From Auanema rhodensis (lineage: Eukaryota; Animalia; Nematoda), in NCBI GenBank assembly GCA_964057225.1, contig OZ059898.1:6510001-6574000 (forward strand): a DNA stretch of 64,000 bases. The letters run 5' to 3'. The notes under the pieces were generated by a model. The model worked only from the letters and a program-made list of their open reading frames with translations, was not told where the DNA came from and did no database searches. The first letter of the stretch is position 1; each line of letters begins with the position of its first letter. Shown here one piece after another: positions 1-13,297 of the stretch. A program made the translations under genes and the position numbers.

Positions 1-3000
1 TAGGAATTACGATCACTACTGCAGTCAGCCAGGATCTTGTCTCAACAGAAGCAGAAACATCAACAGATTGATAGCAATATGCCCACCGGATGGAACACAA
101 TACTCTCAGAATCTCCAAAAAGTAAATTTTAAAGTTGATTACTGTGACATTTTAAAACACTGTAGATTTTCATAGATCACAATACCTCTAAACTGTATTG
201 ATTCTCACATTAAGAGCTAAGGATTAAACGATAAGTACTACTATTAGGGCCTAGATTACCATATTGTCTTAAGGGCGCAAATCTATCCTCATGGCATTCG
301 ACCTATGGCTAAAAATGATTTGTAATTTTCATCCAAAATTTCAACAGTATATCAAGCTGTTTGTCTGTCATACATTACCAGGAATACATAAATCTTTTTT
401 TGAGCTGCTCGAAAATAGATCCTGGCTGGGCGCAATATCCATTTGCTTGTTTTCTCCGTGCTATCTTCGTTTAGCACGCTCTCTAGCCGCAAGCGGGATA
501 CGGTAGCATTTCAGACTGGGTCTCATCATAGATGTTGAAATACAGGTGTCATCTTAATGGAGCACCATTTGCCAATTGGACATGTATAAAAGCCACTATT
601 TTATGCAAAAAAATCTAGTTGTATTTAAAATAATCACAAAATATTAGTATAAGCTAACTTGTACAATAGAAAATAATTGACAAGTGTAGACCATCAGCTT
701 TATATAATACGAATTTGATTAACATATTTTCTTTCAAAATTGCTATTAGCTCCGGAAATCATAAAAATTAATCTAAGTTCCCCCTTTATTTCAATCGTTG
801 TCGCTTAGTTATCACCATCTTACGGTTCAAACACAGGGAAGTGGTGAATTCATCAGGTCAGAAACGTAGTGGAAACGACGTCGGTGATGATCAAGACGAT
901 GAGAACATATTCCTTTCTTTCTTCATCAACGTCGTTGTCGTCGTTGTCTTTCTCTCTATTGATTTTATCTGTTACGTGAGACCGACCGCACACTGAATAC
1001 TGTAGTCAGTCATCAACTAATGCTAGTATGTCCTCTATACGATAAATAATTGTTTTATATTATGAAGCCATTCTAGCTAGAAAAGATTGATTTATTAATT
1101 TCAAAATTTTCTTGTAGAATCAGGCAAATTGATTACAATAAGTGATTTAATTGGATGACTTCACCTTGTAAGATTAGGCCACTCCAGCTTTATAAGATGG
1201 TAATATTCAACATTACTCTTAGATCAAGAATTTTAAAGAGTTTATTGTTTTCGAATGAAAAATATTACTTATAATATTCTTAATAATAAATTGTCTATTA
1301 ATATTTTATAATATATTTAGTCATAATAACAGTATTCACTATTTATTGGTTATAACTTGAAAATATTTCCACAAAGACCTGTTGAGATAATTTGCTATAT
1401 TTCAAAATCAAGAAGTCTATATGGTCAATAGATATATCAGAAAAGTGGCATAGTAAGATTTGTGTAGACAAGACTGAAAATTGCCTTTTCGGGAGCATAT
1501 GTTGCATGGTCGGCGTACATCAAAGACAGAGCCGCAAAGGATGGACAAAAATTTTATTTTAAATTTCACCCAGCTGAACCATAATTTTGTCTTTCAATGA
1601 ACAAAAAAGCCATGTGTTATTGTTGTATTTTTGCCGGAGATGATATAGACGGTGTGGAAGATTTGAATTTAATATGATGAAGTGAACTAATAGTTTCATT
1701 TCAACATTATTTTTAGAGAGAAATAAAAACTAATGTGAGGAGAGTGTAAAGATTCATGAAAGGTACCATTCGGACAAAGGAGAGAGTTTTCATCGCACCA
1801 CACAGTGGTATCTTACATTCACATCACCTTCACGATGATCTGAAGAAAAAAATGGATAATAAGCAGCTATAAAAGTAACATATTTATGACCAAATATGGA
1901 TTATATTGATTGTATTCCGATAATCTTGAAGAAAATATAATAGACTCTGGTTCGTAATATTCTATCTCATATAGTTTTAACCTTTGAATAACTCTAATAA
2001 AGATTGATAAAATCTCTCAAAATTTCTTTTTGAATGAAAAAAAAACACAATTTTTGTTTTTTTTCCTCAAATTTCCCGTTGTTGGCTGTATTATAATTTA
2101 GAAAAGGAACACTTGTGTTTTGCGAATAGCTGTATGTACTAGAACATCTACGGATTATTTAAACAGCGTAAAATATCTATGAGATAGAACAAGAAAAGAG
2201 TTGATATAATAAAGAGTAAAGAAGAGAAGATGAGAAAGAGAAGAAGAAACAGACATTTGTTAAAGCTTTTCTTGCAAAGAGCGATAAGACAGACTTTATG
2301 TTGAGGCCACACAGCGGCAGGGATGAAAGGCTCAAACTAACTAGCTCTGATATAGCGACTGCAAACAGTTGAGCAAGAGGAATAGACAATTTCAAAACAT
2401 AAAAAAATATATTGGACGTTTGTATAAAAACAAAAAACCTAATTAGAAGAGTGCCAAAAACAAATTTTAAGAAAGATTTTTGTAATAAAGAAAAGAAAAT
2501 CTTCAACATTATTATTTACTTAAAGTTGTAGAAGCAAAAAACTTGAATAAAGCTTTAGCTTTTCATCAAATTAGAAGGCCATGCTGTGAAGGACAGTCAC
2601 TATATAATTAACTAATCTCGTTAAAATGGACTTTTTGACGAGCATGAGTTTGCCGACTGGCATGTGCTTATTTTCGCTTCGAATCTAATGAATACCTAGA
2701 TTGTCTAATAGATTTTTATTTCAAGTCCATCATGTGGCACGATAGTTTTTTTTTTTAACCACAGTGAATCTCATGAATATTTCTTTTTTCCGTACGCTTC
2801 CACTCCCAATGAAGCTCACAAAAAAACAAATGAGAATTGAGAGGATGGAAGCTCTTTGACTTAACTTCCACACAACTAGAGGACCAATAAATCGTGTGAC
2901 AATTCCAGAGGATAAATGTGTCCGATTGTCAGATTAGAGTGAGAAATGTTATCACCTGTTCAGAGCCAACTTGGCCTACGTTGATAATTTTCTATTTGAT

Positions 3001-4902
3001 TTTCAACGATGTAGCACTAGTTTCTAAAATCAAACCCCAACCACGATCGTCTTCGAATCTTACTAGACTTCAGTTTTAAACATGGGTGGGTTACGGTAAC
3101 TTTCCCGTTTTGTTTCAAAACTATTGATTTCAACAATGAACAACTGATTAAAATCAAAGTTAACTTTTTGGTCCGAGATTGTGTTGAGGTTGGTAATAAA
3201 CTAACAATGATTATAAAACTGGGACATATTTTCAAAAGAAGATAAAAATCAGCTTGATGATCTGAATAAAGTGGTCGAAATATGATCCGGAGTCTGCCTA
3301 GTCGCGTGTCAACCCGGTTTGATCAGAATGAACATGAGGAAAGAAGAGGAAAGTTTGTCGAACAAAAAAGAAAATAATATAGAATTAGAGAGACAGAGAG
3401 AAAATTCGAGAAAAGAGTAAGTGTTTGTCAGCGCGAGTAATGAGAGATCACCCTTCCTGGGCTGATGCATTCACGATTGCTTACAGTATTGGGCAGAACT
3501 GAAATATGCGAACAGTTCACAGAAAGATTGAAAACATAGTTCTTTTCTTTCTGTTATTATAGAAATTGAGGTAAGATGAAACATTTTGAACAGTTTGGCT
3601 TGTCCATCATATAAATGGATTATAGCAATACTAAACAAGCAGCAACTTCAATCAGGATTATCAAAAATCGTATGTTAAGAAGAAAGACAAAAGAAACGAA
3701 AGACCAATGTATCTGTAGAACAGAGAAAAGAAAGGAACAGATATAGAGGGATAGTAATAGAGAAAGATAGAGAACTATAGGATAAGCTACTTTGATAGGA
3801 GGATGTTGTGACAGGCTGTAAACACCAAACACAACATCTTGTCAGGTTATCTTTCCTCTGCTTTCTTCTTCTCTTCTTTACCTTCATCTTACCAACAAGC
3901 TGATGAAGAAGAATACGAAGACAAGGACAGCATACTGTAAATCAGATCATTTGCTAAACAGCTGCAATTAGCATTTATTGGGTACAAGGAATGCTCAAAG
4001 TTAATATAGGCATTTGAACTCTACTTATGCTATATATTTCATTCTGTTTCGGTTCCTCTGGTCATAAAAGCTTATGCTTTCCTCGATAATGCTCGACATA
4101 TTAAATGAAAAATATCTTAATCACTATTCAGCAGACAGACACCATCGTCAGCCAGACACGAAGTGTCAGTAGAGAAGAAGAAAAATGACTAAATAAGGTG
4201 ATTTATACTTGAAAGACTATCGATTTGAAGGAAAATATAATCGATTCGAGTCTTCTTTTTGTCTTCTTAGGACTAGTAAACAGTTACAGTAATCGCTTAC
4301 ACAAGCAACTTTTTTAGTCAAACTGCTTGCGACATGAGCTTCAACTTTAACTGCCTTGTGGTTACAGAATATACTTTCAAAGTTAGAAAAAAAAACAAAG
4401 AAAATGACATGTCTCAGAAGTGATGAAAGTTCAAAAAAAAAGATGAGGTTACACATGAAAATATTGTGGAAGATATCAGATGAGAATTTTAAAACGAACA
4501 AAAACGTCAACTTTCTCTTTTCAATGTTACACGTGTCAGAAGAAGATGGGGTGTGAAAACAATGAAAATCGATAGAAATGAGTAGGAAAAATTGAAGAAA
4601 AGAGCACAGTGATCATGTTAATGCTTATAAGTATCAGATTGAGTTCAGCATTATAGACAAGGTGATAATATAATTTAAAGTCTATAACCATATTTTCAAC
4701 AACCTGTCGGTACGAAATGAATTAGTTGGCGCAAATGGGTCATAAAATAGATTAAATGACCTAATATATTATTTTAACACATGGCTGTGCTCCAATGATT
4801 GATATGAAATAAGTTTATAAAGGTTTTAAATATTTTTTTTAATATCACAAATTATGTGTTAGCATTTAATAAATAAGAATAGACGTTAGAGTAAATACTT
4901 AC
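1..4902 (-). other. mab-5: Large second intron of mab-5, continuing beyond the window start; probable enhancer-bearing region
   Basis: Donor G|GTAAGT at 4902 follows the hexapeptide exon. No homeobox-coding exon was found in 1-4900. Contains ATCAAAG (TCF-type) and TGATTTAT (Hox/PBX-type) motifs. Confidence 0.75.
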
Positions 4903-5240
4903 CTCCCATTTTCATCCAGGGAAATACTGGCTGAGCTAATTGAGCTGCAGCTCGTTCAGGAAAAGTAGTAGATGTTGCTTGTAGAGGGTTATAGTTGAAT
5001 CTAACCAAGTGAAATATGTTAAAATGAAGAGAATCGACATAAAACTTACGGATTACTATTCTCAACCCACTGTGCTGCTAGCATATTTTTCATATTATTC
5101 ATATAATTTTGATTATAAAGTAAAGGATCATACGGTTGCTTAATACTACTAGCCGTTGTTGGAGCCATCGTACTCAGGTTAGGACCACTCGGTGCCCAAT
5201 AAGGCTCATCTGTTGCAGCGGATGTCCAGTTGGGATACAT
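4903..5240 (-). CDS. mab-5: Antp-class Hox protein MAB-5, exons 1-2 (5240-5050, 5000-4903); partial
   Basis: Spliced translation MYPNWTS...YMNNMKNMLAAQWVENSNP-FNYNPLQATSTTFPERAAAQLAQPVFPWMKMG matches the recalled C. elegans MAB-5 N-terminus (YMNNMKHMLAAGW..NP..YNPLQATS..QPVFPWMKMG), including the FPWM hexapeptide. Confidence 0.93.
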
Positions 5241-5504
5241 AGTTTATAGAAAGCTTTAATAGAGTTTGAAATACAGTAGGATTATTATATGTAATAGTAT
5301 AGTTTATTTGTAGCTAATAACTACTATATAATGACGAGATTGAGTCTATATAACAGTAGGATCTTGTCGTTATAAATGTCTATGATGCGGTTTTTAAAAT
5401 ATCCAGAAGGAATTTATCGAAGCTAAGATTCGCTTGTAATTTCCTTGTTTAGAAGTAAGTATCTAGACTGAATAGGATGACGAGCTGGCTCGATTCGGTG
5501 TAGG

Positions 5505-5670
5505 ACCCGGGGGGCCGCCGCGGGGCCAGAAGCGCCAAGGGGCGGGACTTAACTATATGGGCGGGGCTAAAGGAGGAGCCAGCCTATAGTAGGCGACTTC
5601 TTTCATGTAGCCGCCCAGCTGTCGTAAACCGGCGGTCAAGTCGTAAATTTTGCCAAACGAGCCAAGGCGA
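5505..5670 (-). promoter_or_regulatory. GC-rich proximal regulatory island upstream of mab-5
   Basis: Abrupt GC-rich patch with GC boxes (GGGGCGGG 5539-5546, GGGCGGGG 5559-5566, CCGCCC 5611-5616) and two GTCGTAAA caudal/Abd-B-type sites (5621-5628, 5640-5647), 270-430 bp from the ATG. Confidence 0.6.
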
Positions 5671-8600
5671 CATCTTCTATTTCTCTTGCTCTCTCTCTAC
5701 TTCCCCTTCTTTCTGTAAATATTTCTCTATTTTCCTTTTTTCTCTTGTCCTCTTCATTTTCTTCATCAGCTTGCAGTCTGCAGTTTCTCTCACTCAGTAG
5801 ACATCAGAAGAGAGGACGAACGGATCAGAAGGTTGAATGTATATGAATGAATGCCTGTATTCTGAATCAGTACGACATAGGAAATCGAAGTATATGATGA
5901 TGTCGGGAACACATAGAACGATAAAGATTGTATAACATGCTGAAAAGGAAGATGTTATAATCAGATGATGTTGATCGCGATCATTATAACGATTATATAG
6001 TTAGAAAATTCAAACACAAGGATTTGAGCAAAATGTGTACTTTCAAAAAATATTCAACTAAAGCTTAAAGCTTAATGCATTTGACATTTAGCTCTATGAA
6101 GGCTACAGATTTAACATTTTGATAGGGTTGTATTATTTCAAGTTTTGTTCATAAAATTCAAAAAATTCTTAAAAGTATTTATCTTATATGAAAGGAAAGC
6201 GGTATTTAGAACAAAAATGAAATAGACAAATTCAAAGGATTAAAATAATAAAAAAATAAAATAGCTATGAAGAATTTTTCACAAAAAAATGATGAAAAAT
6301 GGCTCATGACGAAGCAGCATGAATAATATTTTTCAATCTGTGCCTGTGTCGCATATATCTTTTCGACCTTGTGTTATGTTTTCATTAGATTTTCCATTCC
6401 AGCAGTTTTTTTCCTTAATTTTTGCCTGAAATTTACTTAATATCCTACTATATTGACTCGTCTGTCGCTCATTTCACATTAACAACATCCGATCTATCTT
6501 AGCATTTTATGAGGTGTCCGATGTCATTTTATTACTTTTTTAATGAGGTTCCGCCTCCACTACCACACTAGGCGGCTCTATTCTACTGTCAGTTTATCAA
6601 ACCTATTCGGTACTACAACTACAATGATATTATAATAATTCTAGTAAATACTTCCTTTGTGTGTGCTTCATCTGAAAATAGACATGATCGTTCATCACTA
6701 GCTTTATCGAAGCTTTTATTATTAAAAAAACTAAACTAGCCTTATACAGTATCAGTTTATAATATTCAATTATCATATTAATTATTATTCAAATTTTATT
6801 TAATGATTTTATTTTATTTAAATATAATTCTTCATTCTTCATTAATTTTATATTTTAACATTTTATATTTAGTTCTTCAAAAATGCATTGAAGTTTAATC
6901 GTAATATATAATATAATTTTGTTGATATGAAAATATGTATAAACATATATCACTTCAGTTTAAAATTCATACTTCTAAATCAAATTTTATTTTGTTGATT
7001 CATTCAGGAGAATACATTGTAAGTTAAGTTTTATATAAATCAAATAAATAGTATCGTTAACGTATTAAAGTAGTTTCATAAATTAAGTTTTGGTACCTTA
7101 AAACCATCATTCGACTCGTGCTTGCTATGCCTCATTATTACATTTTTGATTCAACTTTCCCATCTCTTCCTCTCTTTTTCTCATCTTCGTTATCTCTTTC
7201 TCTTCTATGTATATAAACATATATCTGTGAAGGCTTCTTCTCCTCACTGATTTTCTGAATTACATCGACACATCAGTTGCTTTTGTTATCTCTGTTCATT
7301 TTATCTACAGTATTTCATCAAATAAGTATTTTCAATACCTTGGAATTGTTCCCATTTCTCAGATTTCAAAACTGAATTTAAGAATCTAGATTTATGCTGA
7401 GAATGAGAACATGAGAATCGTATTGTTTTAATCATACAGTAATCGGCATGCATGCAGGTTTTCTGATTTTAGCCTTACATTGTCTATGGTTACGGTGGGG
7501 GATGAACAAGATTCCTAAAAGTCAAATGTCGGCAATTTCAAAGACTAGCGATGAAGCACTATACAGCTCGGCTTTTTGTTCAACTTTGTTTGATTTATTC
7601 ATGTCTTTACCCATCGGCTTCTTGTTTTCTGTGAACTTAGCCCAATTTAGGGTGTGAAACGGGAAGAGATTCGAAACTCAAAATCAGAAAATGTTAAAGC
7701 CTCTTAGCATGAAAAAAAAGTGTATCGACAAATAAAAGCACAAATTATTTTGGTGAGTACGAAGATAATGACGATCGAACGTCAGAACTAGATGCACTTC
7801 TGACGTTGATAAACTGCTTCAGAAAGATGGTAAAGGCCTAGCAAGTTGTCTACCAAATTGGTAATTTATGGTCGACAACAGACCATATTGAATACCGTAT
7901 TCCAATTTCAAATTTGCTTTGGGGTGGTATAGCTAGCAGATTCTTTAGAACTTTAACAATTCAGTTCAGCAAAATTCATCAGAAAACTTGTTGAAACCGG
8001 GTACTATATTTCTTTTTATAAAAGTTAAAAGCATCGAAAAAAATATCTGATAAGCAACAGCCAATTTCTAAACCAGAGGCATTAATCGATTAAAAAACTT
8101 TTAAAAAAGTTCTATAGAAGATTTTTTGTTACTATAACTTTTGTTTTTTTCATGATATTCTAGTTTTGTTTGCCATTTTCCAGCCAACGAAATGCTTCAA
8201 GCACTTTTAGTTTATCACAAAATTATTTGAAGTATGAGGGGATGAATATAATATTGAAGTTTTTCTAAACAGATTGTTGAAGGCTAATCGGACACAGCGG
8301 GAGATTTCTGAGCACATCCTAGTGATGTACGCATAATATGCAAAATTTGACTCGTCTCACCCATAAAACTTCTATTTATGATAGGGAGGATTGACTGACT
8401 AAGACCATTCCAGCTGTTTAACTCTAAGTATTTAAGACGTCTTAACTCATTTACGAAGAAATGTTTCGATGATATTCTGAGTATTCAAGTATAACTTATT
8501 TCTTCAAAACTTTAGACATACCTTTTTCTTGTGCTTAAAACAAAGATAAGGTATTAATGCTTACACTAGTATTCCAGCTTCAATTAATTCTTCACAATTT

Positions 8601-10728
8601 TGAGCAATTTGATAGCTAACAAACATTTTTATTCTCATCTTTTAGTATTCATTGCTGCAAATATGTCGTGACTACAAATCTCATTAATGACCCTATTAAA
8701 TGGTTTTTAATGAAAAACTGAATTATCACGAAATGTGTTGTATGGAGCCGGAAAATAAAAGTAACAGGTGATGATTTCATGTATGATGACTACATTTGGT
8801 CGTTTTTTCAAACATTTGTTATATTTATTCTTCTCGTCTAAATTTTAAAATAATTTATATTTATAAATTGACTTATAATTTAAGTAGTATGCTGTTAACC
8901 ATATTCTTATACTTATTTAAAATCTTCTTTTGTTATAATTTATTAAATATTATATCTTTGATTCCATTTTTCCGATACTGGAGGAAACTAGATACGAAGC
9001 AGCCAATAGTGGTCCAGTTACTACCGTAGTTTAGACGGCTGCGGCCGTCTATGCTTCTTTTCCAGTACCCAAGTCGACAACTATCTATTATTATTTCAAT
9101 GATATTATATTTAACTTAAATTGTTTCTTTACCCTTTAACTGTAGATAAAATTATTATTATCCTTGTTCATATTTGTTTTATTATTCTTTAAAGTCTAAT
9201 TCAGAAGAATTAGCTAAAGAGTACCAAAACTAAATAGTTGAATGAAATATATTTAAATCCGAATATCAATATAAGTTGTATATGAAATTTATTTATTTAT
9301 TTCAATGTATCATATCATATAATCACTAATTTTCTTATTTATTTTTTTGGTTCTCTTTTGTATATCTCTTATTTTACTTTTCTCATGTATATAAATAAAA
9401 GTATGCATCTCTTACTCTCACTTTCTTGTTGAACAGAATGTCTCTCTGAGTGAAAAGAAGAAGAAACGTGAAAGACAACATAAAATTTAGAGAATAAGAA
9501 GAAGCAGACAATTTCTGTTAGTGAAATATTGCCTCCACGTTTGCATTGCTGAAGCCTTAGCTATCGTGCTCAGTAAGTCTCAATATAAAAATTGAAGAGC
9601 TTAGGGAACTACATTTAATTTTATTATATGTTTAAAAAAATATAATAGTGATGTTTTTTATTCAAAATTGTTAAGATTTTGAAAAGTTATTTGTTCATGA
9701 TCTCTGAATTTGTCTGTACAGTAGCATTTTAGATTACAGTAACCCATTAACTAAAGGTTCATGAATGAGTACCAACGAAGACCTCAGATACTAATCGAGG
9801 GATAATAGAGCATAACAGCTGCACAAACAAACAAAAAAAGGCAAAATTGTGAGATTCATATCTTCCTGAAAACTGACATACGTACAGTTATAGGCCAAAA
9901 TAATAGAACAACAATTTCGACCAAAAAAATTGTAAAGGCAGAAAAACCAACGGAAGATAAAATTTGAATTATGAATCAAAATTGAAGTTTTTTTGTTGAA
10001 AAATAGTATTTGTTGCTTTCTACTATTTAATTTACATGTACTCAATAATATAGAAAATGGTGTAGATATTTAAATAAAATCTCTAATCTATAAAAATGTA
10101 TAAATGTTAATATTATTATTAATTTCTAAAATCATATCACTAATTTAGTATATCTATAAAGCCATAAGAACTATCTTCAAATCTATATTTGAAACCTATG
10201 ATCTATTCAAATTTTTCATAAACCTTCACACAAACATGAATGATTCGAATTCTTTATCAGAAAAATTACTTATCCAATAGTCTCCAATAGATCTCAAATC
10301 AAATTTCTTGTTGAAAATAGTATAATATATAAAAAATATTTATATACTATTAGTGATTTTACATTTACCGCAATATTTCCAAAGCTGTAATTCCTTAATT
10401 AAATTTCATTGCTCAACTGTGGCGCACGTATGTGTACAAATCTTAAAGGACTGGCGCATAGCTCATTTGGTCCCAACACGTTTCAAAAATGGACGGTTCG
10501 TCTCAGCATTGAATGGATTGATGTGCGTTAATAACTTTTGTTATTTAAAAAAAATAGCTAATTTATAGTACTATTGTTTATTTATATGTACTTGAGGAGA
10601 TATAAAATTGCTAAAGGTTTTATTTTCTATTTCCAACTTTGCTTTCAACCAAGCTTTATCGTTTCTGCTTCATATTAATTATGTTGACTTATTGTATTTT
10701 TTTATATTTCTTTATTTTCTTTTTGTAG

Positions 10729-11213
10729 ATGGCCGGTTTGTCTCGTCTTCTTCCTGCTGCACGTACTGCAGTTACCAAGACTGCCCAAAGAAACTCCTCT
10801 GGAAGTTTCTATGGATCCCACAACGTTGACGGATTCAAGCAGACTTTGACTGGAACTTTGAAGCAAGCTGAGAGTAATTATATTATTTCTGTTTATTATT
10901 TATTATATTTCTATTTAAGCAACCAAGGAAACTTGGCGCAAGATCTTCTACATTGCCTCTATTCCTTGTCTTTTGATGACTATGTATGCTGCTTTCGCCG
11001 ATCACAAGAAGCACATGTCACACAGCCGCCCAGAGTACACCGAGTACTCATACCTTAATGTCAGAAACAAGGTACACTTTCTTTCGATATTTTTTCTATT
11101 TTTTATCTGTTAAGCCTTTCCCATGGGGTGATGGAAACCACTCTCTCTTCCACAACAAAGCCGAGCAATACATCCCCGGAGTTGGATACGAAGCTGAACG
11201 TGAGCAGCATTAA
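10729..11213 (+). CDS. cox-6A: Cytochrome c oxidase subunit 6A, 3 exons
   Basis: Spliced protein has [15 protein letters not shown]..., [24 protein letters not shown] (COX6A signature). Introns 10874-10919 and 11072-11114. Confidence 0.95.
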
Positions 11214-11430
11214 AAACGGTAGATAGCTTTTGGATAAAGTTTCTGATGTATATTTGTAGTTGATTTTTCGACTATAAAAATAGTTGCTATGAGTTATAAC
11301 TTTATTAATCATTAAATATAACCAGTTCATATAATAGTGAGCATTTATCCCTCGTTATTGAGAACGAGAAGTTCTATTCAAATACTGTGGTATCACATCT
11401 TTTTCTGATTCCAGAAATTCGTTGATATTT

Positions 11431-12811
11431 TCACCATATATCCCATTCTCGATGACGTGAATGATGCAGATGCCTTCTTTTGTGTTTAGTAATATTTGAG
11501 TAGTGAGAATATGGATCAATTCTATTGCTTGACCTGTATTGAAAGTTGGATATTGGGACTTTGCACTCTTGCCGGGTCTGAAAAGAAAATTCTTTTCCTC
11601 AAAAGAATTTATAATTTACCTTAAGACGTAATTGGATATTAGTTCTAAGTAAACGCTGTTGAAACTCCTGAGTGGTTCTTGTGTTCGGTGCTATGAACTT
11701 CGGTTCCTCTCCTTTTTTGGCCCTGCTGTTTGTTTGAAGTAGTTTACCCCACTCTCGGAACTAAAGAAATTGCTACTTTTATTTTTTGTTATTTTGTTTA
11801 ATACATGATCCTCAGTGATATGGATAGGCTGATTAACAATGAGCCACGTGACTGTTTCATGGCAAGGTGGAGAAGTTATTGATCCATCGTATGTCACGTA
11901 ATCTCTAGTATGTGGTAAAAGCTTCCAAGGTTTTAAATCGGAAAGCTCCACACGCTGTCCTAGAAAATATGTTTGTGTATTATTATTACATTGAGCCGAC
12001 CTTTGTAGATAACACTCGCAGTAGCTATTGTTAATTTCAAAAGTTCTTCTGAAGTTGTTGGGCCAAACTCAAATGTTAGAAATGAATAGAAAATAAAAGT
12101 TTCAAATTTACATCTACGAGCACGGCAACTGCAGCTAAACCATGAGGAGATTTACTAGCCTGAGAAAAATTGGAATAAAGATCTGAATTATAGGCTAGCA
12201 TCTGGATCTGAAACATAACTATTCATATAATTTTTTTATGGTTTATATACTTCCATAGGATATCGTCTTCCATCTATTGTATGTTCACTACCGTTACTAC
12301 TATCTCGTCCGAAGTGTAAATCCATTCTTTGAATTCTAAAATGTTTCGATGCATGATTACTATGAAGTAAATGAAACCTATATCGATAACCATGAAGTGG
12401 TCCACCCGTCAAATTGGCTGTTGGTCTTACCGCAGAATTTCCTATCCGAACTCTAGCCATTTGCCCGGTGTTAACCATTTCTGACATAACCTGAAATATT
12501 CAATTTGTTACTCATATAATTTGAATTATTAATTACATGAGTTCTGTCAATATACATAGGAAGAACATTAGGATCGAATAATAATCTATCAGGTCTGATA
12601 TCTATAGGTGATTGCAATTTTCCTTTTGAACATATTTCACACTGTTTGCCTAACATTAATCCCCAGAAATTAGGACCTGAAGGTAGAGTATAAAGAATAA
12701 TTGACTTCAACTAAACATACCACCAATCATATCGTTATCATATGTCCAAGGGTATTCTTCAGCAGCTACATGTGATATCAAATAAAAAAAATACAGAACC
12801 ATATATAGCAT
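11431..12811 (-). CDS. cah-1: Secreted alpha-carbonic-anhydrase-related protein (acatalytic, CA10/CA11-like)
   Basis: Signal peptide, WTYD..GPNFWG, QSPIDI, GSEHTIDG..YPME, YVTYDGSITSPPCHETVTW. Two zinc His positions are replaced (MDLHFG, EIQML). Assignment to cah-1 rather than cah-2 is from recall. Confidence 0.85.
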
Positions 12812-13229
12812 TTTTATTTCTATAAATTTGAAAGTTGTCAATGAAGTTATAATAGCACGCAAGAATAAAAGAAAGGAAGTTTATTAAAGTGTCTATCAGG
12901 TAGGCTGTCATTATATGAACATATAATTAGGCGAATTCAGCTGTTTGGCTGGATATGTGTGTGGTTGCGAGCTTAGATGGGAAAAGATTGGAAAAGCAAG
13001 AGAAGAACTACGAGAAAAATATCGAAATTATGAAAAAAATATATGAAATCTGAGTTCTTCACACTCAAACTACTACAACAAAACCATGTGAGAATAGAAG
13101 AATTCTACTTCCGAACTCGCTAACTGAGAGAAAAATGATAATAGTGAAATATAGAATAATACTCCAGTTTGTTTGCTATACTTTTCGTTTCTTCCGGCTC
13201 TATGTCTCTTCCTTATATATTCATATATC

Positions 13230-13233
<4 letters not shown>

Positions 13234-13292
<59 letters not shown>
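13234..13292. repeat. Compound (TA)n(GA)n microsatellite
   Basis: TA run 13234-13260 directly followed by an AG run to about 13292. Confidence 0.95.

Positions 13293-13297
<5 letters not shown>

Noticed and set aside
291-4556. Short ORFs in the mab-5 intron, and similar F/L/I-rich ORFs at 7448-10568 and 44271-46197
   Set aside because: Compositional artefacts of AT-rich DNA; no motifs and no coherent exon chains.
12180-12340. Missing zinc-ligand histidines in the carbonic anhydrase as a sign of pseudogenisation
   Set aside because: Normal for CA-related proteins; the frame is intact.
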